Positions 40,802-54,471 are shown, numbered from the whole stretch's first letter. The stretch is 62,192 bases of DNA, filler included, from Squatina squatina (GCA_031763465.1; 3 parts of 3 records of this genome joined end to end with filler, not necessarily neighbours in it), one strand, 5' to 3'. Translations and numbers: made by a program. The notes: generated from the letters alone by a model not told the origin.

Positions 40802-42048
40802 CAAGAACCAAAAGGAAAAAAGGGAACATTGGAATCTCCATGGAATAAAACAATTGGCAAAATCTTTTTTCATTTGTTTGTATGCATAATGTTACTGGGA
40901 TAAAAGTGGCATGTGTATNNNNNNNNNNNNNNNNNNNNNNNNNNNNNNNNNNNNNNNNNNNNNNNNNNNNNNNNNNNNNNNNNNNNNNNNNNNNNNNNNN
41001 NNNNNNNNNNNNNNNNNNTCCGCAGTGTTTTGCTTTTGTCTAATGAGTCCTTGCTGGTACTGGTAGACCAGGCTGGAGATGATATCTAAACAGAATGCAA
41101 ACATTTGGTAGCAAAAACCTCGAGGGGGTTGATCTATTTCCATTCATGGCGCCCTTTCAGCATTTAATAAGTAGCTGTCATTGCAGCCAGAATATTGCTT
41201 CAGACAATTGCTCTTTAATTAGGCCCCACTTTAGCCTCAGCAAGACTTGTGGGTTTAAACTTTGAAATAAACTTCAGCCATTTGATGTGGGCGGCCTATT
41301 CATCAACAAAACTTAAAGTGCTTTGCGAACCAAAGGTTCAGTCATTTCCATTTGACTAAAAGGCCGTTCAGTGTGACCTGTGACCCGTTTGCCAGACAAG
41401 CTATGGAGTGTCGATCCAGGTTCATAGTCAGTCACCGTGCTTATAGTCAGCCAGTCACTGGAATTCATTACACGACTGGGAATTGAACATTCAACGGCTT
41501 GAACTGATAGAATCCCCTTATTTCCTTGTTAGAGTGGATAAGTATATTGTATATTTTATTCTAATTTTTACACCAGTGTCAAAAGCTTCTTCTTAAGTTA
41601 ACTAAGCTTCAGTTTCTCTGGGGACCTGCAATTAGAAACTAAGATTTCATTTCATAAATATTTATGAAGCAGATATTTAACTAGAATGTTAGTAAAGCTG
41701 ACAGAATCCTACCCACAGGAATGAGGAATATTTGATGAGAACGTTTATGGATGTGAAAGAAACCATAGTGATTGCAAAATTCAATGGAATTAATGGATAA
41801 GTTAACAGACTGTGGCGCACTAGTTCTTGTTGATTTGGAATGCAGTAAGGTTCCTTTTCAAATAGTAGAATTAATTTATCAGATTGTACTGTCTGAGTGC
41901 AACTCCGGCACAACCATGTTACATAAGAACATAAGAAATAGGAGCAGGNNNNNNNNNNNNNNNNNNNNNNNNNNNNNNNNNNNNNNNNNNNNNNNNNNNN
42001 NNNNNNNNNNNNNNNNNNNNNNNNNNNNNNNNNNNNNNNNNNNNNNNN

Positions 42049-42123
<75 letters not shown>
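42049..42123. other. Poly-C run next to a gap, probable sequencing artefact
   Basis: 75 C at a contig start (reverse-complemented poly-G). Confidence 0.8.
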
Positions 42124-42124
<1 letters not shown>

Positions 42125-43129
42125 CGAAAGGACAAAGTGCTGCACTATTGTGCCATTTCAGCTTTACCCCAACATCATTGTGGGAGCACCATCGCCACAA
42201 GGAGAAGGCCCACCGCCACCAACATCTCAGGGCAACTCGGGATGGGCAATAAAGCCAAGGGTCACCCTTACCCTGGGGAGCAAACAAATTCCAATTCACA
42301 AAGACCCAGATTTGCTGCAAATTCAACCCGTTGTGCAATTGAACTGCAGCACAAGGGTATTTGGGACTCGCCCGTCAGTACAGATTCACTGATAACTCGA
42401 GCTGTCTCATTCCTATCAGAAAGGTTATTTGATGGGAACCGTGTTCAACAATTTTCAGATTCACCAAGTGCCAATATTTTGGAATGCACGGTCGTAAAAT
42501 AAACTACTTCTTGACTTCAGTAGAAGTATTGAAGAAAGTGAAAGAAGGATGTGTCTCCCCGCAGGGGGTTGAACACTGCAGTGGTCTGACGTGTTTTGAA
42601 GGGGTAAAACGTGAGTTGGCTCTGGGTCTGTTCAGCATCTTTACAAGATCTGACTATTATGCTTAAAACAGGAACTCGACTAAATAGCTCCATTCAAGAA
42701 TTGAGTACATTCAAGAACTGCAATTAATGGATAGATCTAGAAAGTTAAAGTTTCTAGACTATGTCTGAAAGGCTATTAAAAAAATAGTCACCTTCCCAAA
42801 CCAGCACAGAACACAATCTGTTCCGTCTGTCAAATATTGCTTCAGAGCAAACAGTGATGATCAAACCCTCCACTAGCATTTGGCAACAAAATCATATTTT
42901 AACGTAAAATACTTGTGAAAATCAAGAATGTTAGTCATTTATGTTTAACGAGCTTTTCATAAGAGTTTTTCCCCAATATTAATTCCACCTGCAAACTGAA
43001 CATTGCCATTTTAAATGCAAAGCAGAGAGAAAGTCGGGGAGAGAGGGTTGTGTGCGTCATACATCACAAATTCCCCTTCAGAATAGCAAACAGCAGGCAA
43101 AGGATGGGTTTTGCAGTGTTAGCCTCCCC

Positions 43130-43136
43130 TATATAA
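43130..43136 (+). promoter_or_regulatory. TATA box of the neurofilament-like gene
   Basis: TATATAA 61 nt upstream of an ATG in good context (AACATG). A half-CRE TGCGTCA lies at 43053-43059. Confidence 0.7.
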
Positions 43137-43190
43137 GGCGGAGGGAGAGCAGTGACTCTGCACTGTTGCAGACAGTCCGGTAGCAGCAAC

Positions 43191-43737
43191 ATGAGCTACA
43201 GTTGGGATTCTCTCGGCGGTTCCCCGTACCGGAAGGTGCACACAGACCCTGCCAGGAATCTGGCTCGGAACCTGGGCTTCTCAGCCCCTGGCTTCCGCGC
43301 CCAGAACTGGTCCAGGGGAACCAGCAGCATCAGCTCCACTTACAAGCGCTCCACCAACCTGTCCGCTGCCCGCGGCTACAGCCCAGCCACCCACAGGTCC
43401 TCGGAAAGCGTGGAGCTCGGCCACTCGGGTCTCTTCAATGAAGATCACAAAGCGCTCAGCGTCAACGAGAAAGAGTTGATGCAGGGGCTCAATGACCGCT
43501 TCGCCGGTTACATCGACAAGGTCAGGCAGCTGGAGCAGCAGAACAAGGGTCTGGAGGTCGAAATCGCAGACCTGAGGCAAAAGCAAACTTCTCCTTCTCG
43601 CCTGGCCAACATCTACGAGCCAGAGATCAGAGAACTCCGGAACCTCATCCAAGAGATTGAAAACCAGAAGACACAGGTCCACCTGGACAGGGACCACCTG
43701 GGGGAAGATCTACAGCAGCTGAAGGCCAAGTATGAGG
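43191..43737 (+). CDS. Neurofilament medium-like type IV intermediate filament, exon 1 (cut off by the linker)
   Basis: NF-M-type head MSYSWDSLGGSPYRKV...GFRAQNWSRG...SSTYKRS, then coil 1A NEKELMQGLNDRFAGYIDKVRQLEQQNK. The true start is probably the ATG at 43191, not the GTG at 43152. Confidence 0.9.
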
Positions 43738-43837
43738 NNNNNNNNNNNNNNNNNNNNNNNNNNNNNNNNNNNNNNNNNNNNTTAATTAATTAANNNNNNN
43801 NNNNNNNNNNNNNNNNNNNNNNNNNNNNNNNNNNNNN
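43738..43837. other. Artificial scaffold-joining linker N44-TTAATTAATTAA-N44
   Basis: 12-mer at 43782-43793. Confidence 0.97.
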
Positions 43838-44730
43838 TGATTTAATCTGTGTGGATTCCTTACACAAGATAATCAAATAGGGTTTGATGATAGGATATGA
43901 CAAATTGTGACAAAAGTAGGCAGCAACATTACACATACGAAAATATACACAAAGTGATCCCACTTATCACCCTATGCTGGGTCAGTCTGGGAAAACGGGC
44001 TACACTTAAAAGTGGGGGTGAGTGGCAGGGGAGTCTACATTAAGCACTACATTTTTGATCTGACAATAGCTTGCATGAACCTCAAACACGTTACTAAAGA
44101 CATGTGCCTCATCTCCCATCAGTTAACCGTCAGCTAAGAGGAGGCTTCTTTCAGGAGCAGTAAGGTCAAGAAGTAACAAATTGCTTGCAGTTACCTAAAG
44201 ACACTTGTCCAAGGTATCAGATTCTAATCTTAAGTGAAATGTACTGAAGAAAAGTTACAACTACAACTGCAAAGTGTCACCTTTTCTCTGCTGAAGCCAA
44301 CTACTCATGCTGGGTAAGAATGTACAGTTCCTTAAAAAAAAATTGATTAAGGTACATTGAATACATGGTTACACTTCAGATCTGAGTTTTCCAAGGAATA
44401 CTTATACTGGCCCTTGTAATCCCTGCATACTTTTCATGGTATTGTTTGATGTAAAAGACACTACAATTTTTCTGATAACCGCAAATCTTCATCTAGGTGT
44501 TCAGACAAGTTGAACTCCAAACTCCTTACCTAACAACTGTTCTGACGAAAAGGTCATCAGCCTAAAATGTTAACTCTGTTTCTCTCTCCACAGAGGCTGC
44601 CTGACCTGGAGTATTTCCAGCATTTTCTGTTTTTATCTATATAAAAATATTAATTTCGTACATCATCTGTCTACTTATTACTAATTTTCTAGACTGAATA
44701 TGTTTGAGAACATGGTTCATGCATACTCAC

Positions 44731-44775
44731 CTGCAAAGTTTCTATTTGCTTTCTGATACTGTTGTTAGATGGCAT
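44731..44775 (-). CDS. FRYL: Furry-like protein, 45-nt micro-exon
   Basis: MPSNNSIRKQIETLQ between ttcag and gtgagt, phase 0/0. Confidence 0.92.
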
Positions 44776-45838
44776 CTGAATAAAGCAATGCAAGACAGCA
44801 AAACAAACAAGCATGAGAATGGGATGTTCATGCATGTTAGATGGGGAACAAAGCACAAACAAATTCTTAATGGCCTTTGATGAACAAAGTTAAGTACAAC
44901 ATACAGCAAAGTAAACCGCTTATGTCAAACATAACAAAAAGCATTGCAATGCATTGCTAGCATTATAACTTGGAGTTAAACTGAATGTTTAAACTATATT
45001 TTTGGAAAACATGACTTAAACAAATAATGAAATATGCGATTAATATTGTAAGCATTTTGTCCCTCTCTGTAAGGGATTCCTAGTGCTAAGTACAAGCATA
45101 AATGAATATATAATTGAGTTAGTAGAGTTCAACAAGACAAAACATATACAGCCATGAGAAGCACCAAGGATAAATGGAATGATAAGCGTGCAGAATGAAA
45201 AAATGTTCTCCTGGAAAGCTGATGTCTGGCATTCACAGAAAACGTCAAACTGCCAGAAGTTCACAGATTACTTAGAAAGTAGTAATACTTCACATCCAAA
45301 ATAATATTTGATTGGAACACAACTCAAAAAGCAGAAGACTATAAAAGCAAGTACAACAAACAATATGGTACATTAAGGAGAAACTAAACATTACTGTCAG
45401 GGGCCATCATTTTTGCTAGTTGCTGGTCCAGTGGTGCTGCTTTTATTTATTANNNNNNNNNNNNNNNNNNNNNNNNNNNNNNNNNNNNNNNNNNNNNNNN
45501 NNNNNNNNNNNNNNNNNNNNNNNNNNNNNNNNNNNNNNNNNNNNNNNNNNNNNNNNNNNNNNNNNNNNNNNNNNNNNNNNNNNNNNNNNNNNNNNNNNNN
45601 NNNNNNNNNNNNNNNNNNNNNNNNNNNNNNNNNNNNNNNNNNNNNNNNNNNNNNNNNNNNNNNNNNNNNNNNNNNNNNNNNNNNNNNNNNNNNNNNNNNN
45701 NNNNNNNNNNNNNNNNNNNNNNNNNNNNNNNNNNNNNNNNNCGCATTAATTTCATTTTATGGATTTCTTTAGTTAAGGAATCTCTACAGTTTTCAGATGC
45801 ATATATTATTTTCTTTTTGGTCAAATGGATTTTGCTCA

Positions 45839-46135
<297 letters not shown>

Positions 46136-47417
46136 CTATTTGGGAAGAGATTTTGTGGACCGGGGACTCTTCTGGGGACATTGTTTGCCCGGGGGCACTG
46201 TCTCTGGAAAATGGGGGGCGTATGGTCACCCTAACCTATAGGCCGTGGAAATGACAAATCAAGTGTTTCTGCACATCTTTTCCCTCCAGTGACTACTGAA
46301 AGTACGTGGACTTCAGGTGAGATCGGAGTCAAGCTGGAACGTCATGTTTCTCCTCCCGTTCTCCCACACGACAAACACCAGCCATGCCCACTGTCTGGGT
46401 TCTAAGGTGGCTAATTCAGGAAGGTACCAAAGACTATCTGGCGCTCTTGGAATTGTAGCTCTGAATGAGTTTTCAGGAAAGGAGGGGAGAAAGTGAGAAG
46501 AGGCAAAACTAAAATATTTTTAAAAAGTCGTGTTCAGAAAGCAAGGGGATTCATTCTGTCTTTATACTCCATGTTGGGTGTCAGTGCCATGCAGCAAACC
46601 AGCACCAAACGTGCAGTGTAATTCTACCGGTGTGGCTTGGGATCAGCATGTGCCGGATTTCCTCAGAGATATGGTCCCGCATTTTCTCTTCCCACAGGTG
46701 GCAGTTAGTCCAATTTCACTCACCCGATTTACAGCTAAAATCAGACGTCCTCTATACTGCTATTCTGTTTCTGTCACTTTAGATCAACACCTCTCAATCG
46801 GTGGAAAACTGACTGAAATTGGAGGCTGGCGGCCAGGGCTTTCATGNNNNNNNNNNNNNNNNNNNNNNNNNNNNNNNNNNNNNNNNNNNNNNNNNNNNNN
46901 NNNNNNNNNNNNNNNNNNNNNNNNNNNNNNNNNNNNNNNNNNNNNNACCACAGCAGCTGGAGAATTTAAATTCAGTTAATTAACAAAAAAGCAGATTGGT
47001 GTAAAAACCCATCTGATTCAATAATGTCCTTTAGGGAAGGAAATGTGCCATCATCGGAATGCAGACCCACAGCAATCTGAAGTAACTCAGTTGTACCAAA
47101 CAGCTACAAACGTGCACAACCCGTCAATTAATAAAAAAACCTCCTCTGCATTTTCAAGAATGGTAAGAATTATCTATCCACCACCATTTTCTAATTTGCC
47201 ATAGTTTTGTATGTTACAGCAACATGCTGTGCAACCACACCACTCCTCTTTTCATTTGAAAGGTAGTTAGCTTTAAAAAAAAATCTAAAATTTCTTCCCA
47301 AATGATGTGAGACTTGGAAATATGCAGATACTCTAGAACTTTACTATTTCCTCATACCTCATTGTTAAAAGTCAATTAGAGGTTTTTGCATGAGTAACAT
47401 ACATGTTAAAAGGTTTA

Positions 47418-47642
<225 letters not shown>

Positions 47643-48504
47643 TTACAATTCAAGATATCTAAGTCTACCCAGTGGGAGTTAATTACTTCAGTATACCGAG
47701 AGAGAGAAAATAAAGATACTGGGAAAGTACTTCAAATCACAATATGTAGAGATTTATTCTGGCCTCTTAGCAAATAAGGTTTTACTCAATCAGTTCTGCT
47801 TATCTTTGTTTCCTATATTCTACAAACACACTTAGATGCAACTTCATGGGTGATCAAGAACCATAAACTATGCTCACAGCACTCCGAAATTACCTCAGAT
47901 AAAATCACTGTTGGGTCATGTGCACTGTCTCACATTTCAAGAGAAATGACTGTGATAAATGGTAGTTCTGTCATGTCATAAGAAATTCTGTACATATTTA
48001 TTAAAATATGTACAACTTCCCATTTAGAATTTACCTGTTTCCCATCAGTTCCAAATTTGTTCAAAAACTAGATTTATTGGAAATGAGTCACCAGCCAACA
48101 AAATAATATAGCAAAGTTTTGAAGTAGAGAATATAAGAAGTTTGATTTGATCTGCCTTGAAGAGAGGAGTTGACCATGTCTATTTGCAGAAAGGAATTGG
48201 TGTCCCTGCAGTAACCTTCGTCTGACAGCAGATGGTAGTATTGCACTGTTTAACCTGACTGAGAAACCTGTTGAACACTCACACAGCACCATTTACTGGC
48301 AGACACCAGGAACACAATTTTTTTTAGGTGTGTGTGCAAAACTGTAGTAAAATTATGCCCCAATGCAATCCCTTAATTTTGGGGGATTTTTTTTTTCCTC
48401 TGTTCTGCAGTTATATATAATTGGCAAAAAAAAATTAATCATATAGACCGAATTTGAAGGTAACAATGCTTTTGTTGAAACCAGTTGGTAGTGTGTTTTC
48501 TTAC

Positions 48505-48614
48505 TTCAGATCGATGTTTTGATTCTGTAAAGCTTCTATGGAAGTCACATATTTCTTCTTCAAATTGCTTATATTTGTCTTATAGGTTCCTTCGACTTCA
48601 GCCAGCTTACTTTC
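48505..48614 (-). CDS. Candidate exon of an unidentified coiled-coil protein
   Basis: 110 open nt between ttccag and gtaaga, encoding ESKLAEVEGTYKTNISNLKKKYVTSIEALQNQNIDLK. Not recognisable as FRYL. Confidence 0.4.
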
Positions 48615-48994
48615 CTGGAATTATATTTTTAATTTTTAAATCACACATTCATGAAACATTTTTCTTCAACATAATGGTGAGATCATATTTAAAACAGGCT
48701 GCGGGCGCAATGCTGCTGGGAATTGGCCAAAGAGAAGGTGTGCACATCCTATTCTACCCAGTTCCAAATCTGAGCCGTGACCGAACAGGGAANNNNNNNN
48801 NNNNNNNNNNNNNNNNNNNNNNNNNNNNNNNNNNNNNNNNNNNNNNNNNNNNNNNNNNNNNNNNNNNNNNNNNNNNNNNNNNNNNNNNNNNNGGTTGGAC
48901 CACTTATCCTGTGGAGTTTTTGTGCCTTAAAAGGAATATAAATTTGTTGTCAATTATGTATTAATTATTTAAGTGCTAGCCATTGCCCATTTAG

Positions 48995-49212
48995 CATCAT
49001 ACCTTTTAAGGTAGTTTCCCAATCTACTTTAGCCAACTCTAACAGATTTGTCAAACATGATTTCTCTTTCATAAATCCATGTTGACTCTGTCCAATCCTA
49101 TTATTATTTCCTAAGTGTCCTGTTATCACATCCTTTATAAAAGATTCTGGCATTTTCCCTACTATTGATGTCAGGCTAACAGGTCTGCAGTTCCCTGTTT
49201 TCTCTCTCCCTC
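48995..49212 (-). mobile_element. CR1 LINE reverse-transcriptase fragment
   Basis: GGREKTGNCRPVSLTSIVGKMPESFIKD...QSQHGFMKEKSCLTNL. Near-identical to about 19610-19775. Confidence 0.9.
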
Positions 49213-49404
49213 CAGATTGACTGCCCACTGACATATGATACAGGGAAACCTAAAGAGGGGAGAAAACAACACATGCAAAAACAAAACATGACATTTTTAG
49301 TGTTGCCTGCATTAAACATTTAGCAATATAAACAAAAGATTATTAAGCAACCATAGTTTTGCATGACTTTTCCTACTTTTCTAAATATAAGAAAAAATAA
49401 ATTA

Positions 49405-49602
<198 letters not shown>

Positions 49603-51374
49603 TTATACACGTGAAACAACAAAATGTATGCTCCCCCAACCATCACTACCTCCTGCCTCGATCGCCAACCCAACTCCGAGTCTCTAGAAGTTCTTCAGTG
49701 CTTTTACAATCAATACTGAGGCTGGCACCTAGCAATCCTCACAGCCGACTTGGGATCCATTTGTAGTACAGGAGGAATTACTTCAATCCTTAAAGGGTCT
49801 CACCTCTCATCTTTAACTTTTCATCTCCCTTCTAAATATTTTCTTCTTTTTCACAACTAGCTGACCAAGTAACTTTTTTCTACCGACAATCAAACTCTTT
49901 GAATTTACAGCTAAACTCATCAGATATTTTTGTGCGAATTACATGGTTGTAGTTCATCCATACTGCTGTGATATAATGAGGTACACTAAATAATAAAAAA
50001 ACTAATGATCTTCACACAGCAATGTGTTACCTACAATAAACTCAATAGTATCAATAAGAAACAATTGTACTGAGTCATTAAATTTCCAGCTAAATAATTT
50101 ACATTGAGGTATTTGAGTTAAATTACAATCTAGTAGATTATTACATACTTTATTATTCAATTAGAAGAAAATGAAGAAAGCAATAAATGTATTTGCAAAC
50201 AAAACCAAGAGGAAGTGTAGCAGTTTCATTTCATTTGTAAAAGCTTAGTTGGGTGTAATGATAAATACAGGAACACCAATGCTCTGAAGTTTCTATAACG
50301 CTATGTAAACTTGTATAAAATGCTTATAAATAACAGATTTATTTTGCATACTGTAAAATCAGCTATTTAAATGCAATGTTTCTCATTTCAATTTTTTCTC
50401 CTAATGGCCGCTGCAAATCTTCCTCACCTGAAGGAAGGACTCATGCTGGGGAACAGTTGCAACATCACACCCAAGTAGCTATTTTTTATAGATGGATTTG
50501 GAAAGTGAACGTTGGCCTAACATCTGTTGTCGGGAAATTTCTAGAGTCTATAATTAAGGATAGGGTGAATGTACACCTCGAAAATTTTCAGTTGATCAGA
50601 GAGAGCCANNNNNNNNNNNNNNNNNNNNNNNNNNNNNNNNNNNNNNNNNNNNNNNNNNNNNNNNNNNNNNNNNNNNNNNNNNNNNNNNNNNNNNNNNNNN
50701 NNNNNNNNTGTGTGTGGCATGCGTTCAGAGGCACATGTCAAGGGAGGCAAAGCTTTGTCGGGCAAAAAAAAGGTTCAAATAACCATCATCTGTTAAGGTA
50801 ACCATGCTGATTGGTTTAGAAAAGCAATTGACTAAGTTGACCAAGCATAACCTGTTCCATGCACTAGACAAGGAGCAAACAACAACCAGCTTCAACCAAA
50901 CCACTTTATCAACCCCCCTCCCTGCAAGTTAGTATTCATGTACTGCATACGTGACCAAATGGTTCAAACAGTTCTCCTCCAATTGCTTTAGGCAGCCATA
51001 TTTTAAGCCACTGACGATATACATCTAAAAATGAAATTGGTAACATAATAAACAATAACTTGCATTTACATAGTGCTTTTAAAGTACAAAAACATCCCAA
51101 GGTGCTTCACAGATGAGGAAAAGGCACAGAGATCCAGGAAAGCTGACTGAAAACTTGGTTGAAGAAATGTTTTTTGAAAAGCAGTGAGGGAGGTAAAGAG
51201 TTAGGAGTTTAGAGAGGATTTTTCTAGAGAGTAAGGGTTTTTCTGCCTGGGGTTGGGGAGAAAAGATGTAAAGGGAAACAAATCAATAGACCCTGCTGCC
51301 CGAGGGGGAAAGAAGTCAAGAAAATTAATCGCCTTCCTTCTTTACAAAAAATGTTAAACTAGAATTTGACTTAC

Positions 51375-51574
51375 CAATGGTTCAGCCATCACAACTTCAA
51401 TCTTTTTTTCAGCCTGAACTGTGAATTCTGCAAAGAGGCTCTTAATAACATATTCCCCAGGTTTGATGTCCGGGTCAATGGTAATGTTTGACATGGTGAC
51501 ACTCTTCTTTTCCCAGGTGGGATTACTACCTGGAGAAATACGACGCCTGGTTACAGTGCTAACAGGTGCTGATG
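51375..51574 (-). CDS. FRYL: Furry-like protein, second coding exon (internal ATG at 51494)
   Basis: 200 nt between atgcag and gtaagt. Encodes SAPVSTVTRRRISPGSNPTWEKKSVTMSNITIDPDIKPGEYVIKSLFAEFTVQAEKKIEVVMAEPL. Confidence 0.96.
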
Positions 51575-52455
51575 CTGCATGAAAACACAAAGGAAGAGAA
51601 TTATTTATGATGGGTGACCAGCAGGAAATGAGCAATGCAGTATTGTGAGCTTCTTAAATTAGGACAACAGAAGATTATACCAATCAGCCAATTAACTTAC
51701 ATTTCTACAGCATTCCTAAGAATAACAGCTCAGCACTTTAGAAAACAAAAAAAAGGTAGACATTGAGTGTGAAAAAAGTGTCATTTGGAGTGGAGAACAT
51801 AAAGGCACAATTAAAACAGTAAGGCTTTTTAGGTGTCTTTGACAGCACAGAGTGACAAGATGAATAGATTTTGAAAACAAATTCCAGAAACCAAGAACAA
51901 AACGACTGAAAGAATGCCATAGATAGTGGAGTGCAGGGAGCAGGGAATGGCACGGGAGTGGAGAATGTGCAGCATTGTATGGTTGTAAATCAATCAGGTA
52001 GAATGGAGCAAGCCATGGAGGGATTTCGAAGTGACATGAGGATCTTAAGTCATTTGATGGGGCACAGTGAAGCTTGGCAAGGATAGAAGTAATGGGTGTG
52101 TGGATCTTTGCATTGGGGAGAACNNNNNNNNNNNNNNNNNNNNNNNNNNNNNNNNNNNNNNNNNNNNNNNNNNNNNNNNNNNNNNNNNNNNNNNNNNNNN
52201 NNNNNNNNNNNNNNNNNNNNNNNTGGAGTTTGCCACACTCCCAGCACCGCAAAGCAGTGTGCTGCTCTCTCTTGCTTTTGAAAAAGTCCCTCTGCAATAC
52301 AGAAAATAACCATGTTCAGCAGTTCCTTTAAAAAGGCAAACACAGTCACTCTTGTTCCAGTCACATTGGATCATTTCTACACAACAAAAAGCAAAAATCT
52401 AATTTGGTTTCAACCACAATGAATACACACACACTTGAATAATTCACAATTATCA

Positions 52456-52995
52456 GGGGGTCAAAATTCGGTAACACTGTGGTCTCCNNNNNNNNNNAGG
52501 GCAGGACTTCTTCCGCCCGGCCACGAAATTAGAGTTACTGCGCTCGAGAGGAAGTGAAGCACAATGTCGGGCGCTCCACTTCCTCTCGGGGCAGTAAGCG
52601 CGGGAATTTTCCATTAAAGGGGAGAGCACACTGCGAGCTCTGCAGTGGGGCGAGGAGCCACCACTTCTGCACCGGGAAACGGGGTGCCATGGCAGTAGCC
52701 TGGCACAGGAGCGGAGTGCCGGGCTGCAGCATGGCGGTGTGGATTCCGTGAAATCTTCAACGAAAGGCCGGACTGGTAAGTTGGCGATTGAAACAATATG
52801 GCGCCATGCACCACCCCTTTATTTTTCGCCCATGAGCAGAGTGCGGCCCGGTTTGCGACCTGCTCTACCAAATTTCAGCTCCGAGGCAAAAACGGGTCGC
52901 TGCTCACAGCAATGATGTCATCGGGAGGCAGTAGCAGCCACGTGCACCAGGCGAGAAATCGCTCGCACCCTGTTAGCGCCCCTGAGGCAGCTAAC
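52456..52995 (+). mobile_element. GC-rich Harbinger-like non-autonomous element
   Basis: GGGGGTCAAAATTC terminus. Body homologous to 6793-7258. Confidence 0.55.
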
Positions 52996-54398
52996 GGGAG
53001 GTGCAAACACTGTGAACTGTTTTAAAAAGACAATTGGTTTAAAAATGCACATTAATTCACAATAATTATTCATTATATAATGCACAAATATATAATGGCA
53101 TATTTCTTTCAACTGGTCATTTCTTCTTCTGTTCAATTCCAGGCCAAGAACCTTACCAAATAATGTTACATAGGAGTTCTCAGGCATTTCTACTGCTTCC
53201 TGTAATTCATCAGGAAACGAACATCACAACAATGCTCCTCCTTGCAAAGATACATTATTCATACTCTACTCATTTTAGATGATTAAGTGACCTCTGCAAC
53301 ACACATCTTTCCTGTGGCACCAACCTCAATTCTTTCCCCACTGAAGCAAAAAATGGAACCATTACATGTGCAGTGTGCAAATACCAACAAAACATGTACA
53401 CAAATAGTAACTACAATGTACTTATGTTTAAGCAATACTTGGAATTATGTAGTATTTTTCACATCAAAATATTTCAAAACACCTCCCATAGTGAATTACT
53501 TTTGAAACACAATGATTGCTGTTAGTAGGCAAACATGGTAGCCATTCTCTGCCAGCAAGTCCTAAAAATAGCCTTGCGATGAATGACTAATTAATGTGTT
53601 TTTGTTAGTGANNNNNNNNNNNNNNNNNNNNNNNNNNNNNNNNNNNNNNNNNNNNNNNNNNNNNNNNNNNNNNNNNNNNNNNNNNNNNNNNNNNNNNNNN
53701 NNNNNNNNNNNACATGGAGGGATTTGTAAACAAGGGCAAGCATTATTTACTTTTAACATTAATTTTCCTTTGCATTAACTTTACTTTTGAACAATAACTG
53801 CTTGCTTCACATCGAGCATCATCTAACAAGTGCTTATTTTTAAAGATTCTGATTGGAATCGCATTCAAGGCGTGTCATTTCAACTGTCTATATCTCATGC
53901 TTAAAACCTATAGCATCAGGAACAACTTGTCCAATAATTGAACCTTTAGATGTGAACGATGCTGGCAGCAGATACAGGTTTAGTTGTACTCCACGCTACT
54001 CTTTTCCTGCTTTTTTTCAATGTCATCTGCTAGGGCGTACAGCAAAGCCATAAAATCAATAGAACGGTTAGATGAATACTTTACTTTAAAATTGAGAAAA
54101 TGCATGAGGAATTAGATGTAATTGAATCAGCATGAGGATTAAATATTGGCATAAAAGTTTTATAAATAAAAATAACTGAATGCAGTGGCTCTGTAGAACA
54201 ATGCATTATTTCAGCTTATTTACAGCAAAGTGAATGTAACAAAAGATCCACCCTTTATAAAAAGGCAATTAAAAGATTCACATTAGGGATCATTTCCTTC
54301 CATTTTACACAGCTCTTACGATACACAAATACCAAGACCTTACTTGGTACGATCACATTTATTACTTGCGTATATAGATAAAATATATTTTTACTTAC

Positions 54399-54471
54399 AG
54401 CTACCACTCCAAGACTTCAGCAGAGACTTGATGCTGATTTCAAAAAACACAGAATCCTGTAAGCTTAACAT
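54399..54471 (-). CDS. FRYL: Furry-like protein, first coding exon (FRY-type N-terminus)
   Basis: ATG at 54471, MLSLQDSVFFEISIKSLLKSWSGS plus one base, then gtaagt. Phase 1 joins in frame to 51574. Homologous to the FRY start [22 protein letters not shown]. Confidence 0.88.

Noticed and set aside
40802-43100. miR-202, expected near ADAM8/SPEF1L by synteny
   Set aside because: Neither mature arm was found by eye on either strand. It may lie in a gap or elsewhere.
43128-43138. CArG box at CCTATATAAGG
   Set aside because: It has seven A/T bases rather than six and is better read as a TATA box.
50405-50445. GEEDLQ on the minus strand as the missing FRYL RGEDLQFDQ exon
   Set aside because: Flanking residues and splice sites do not match.
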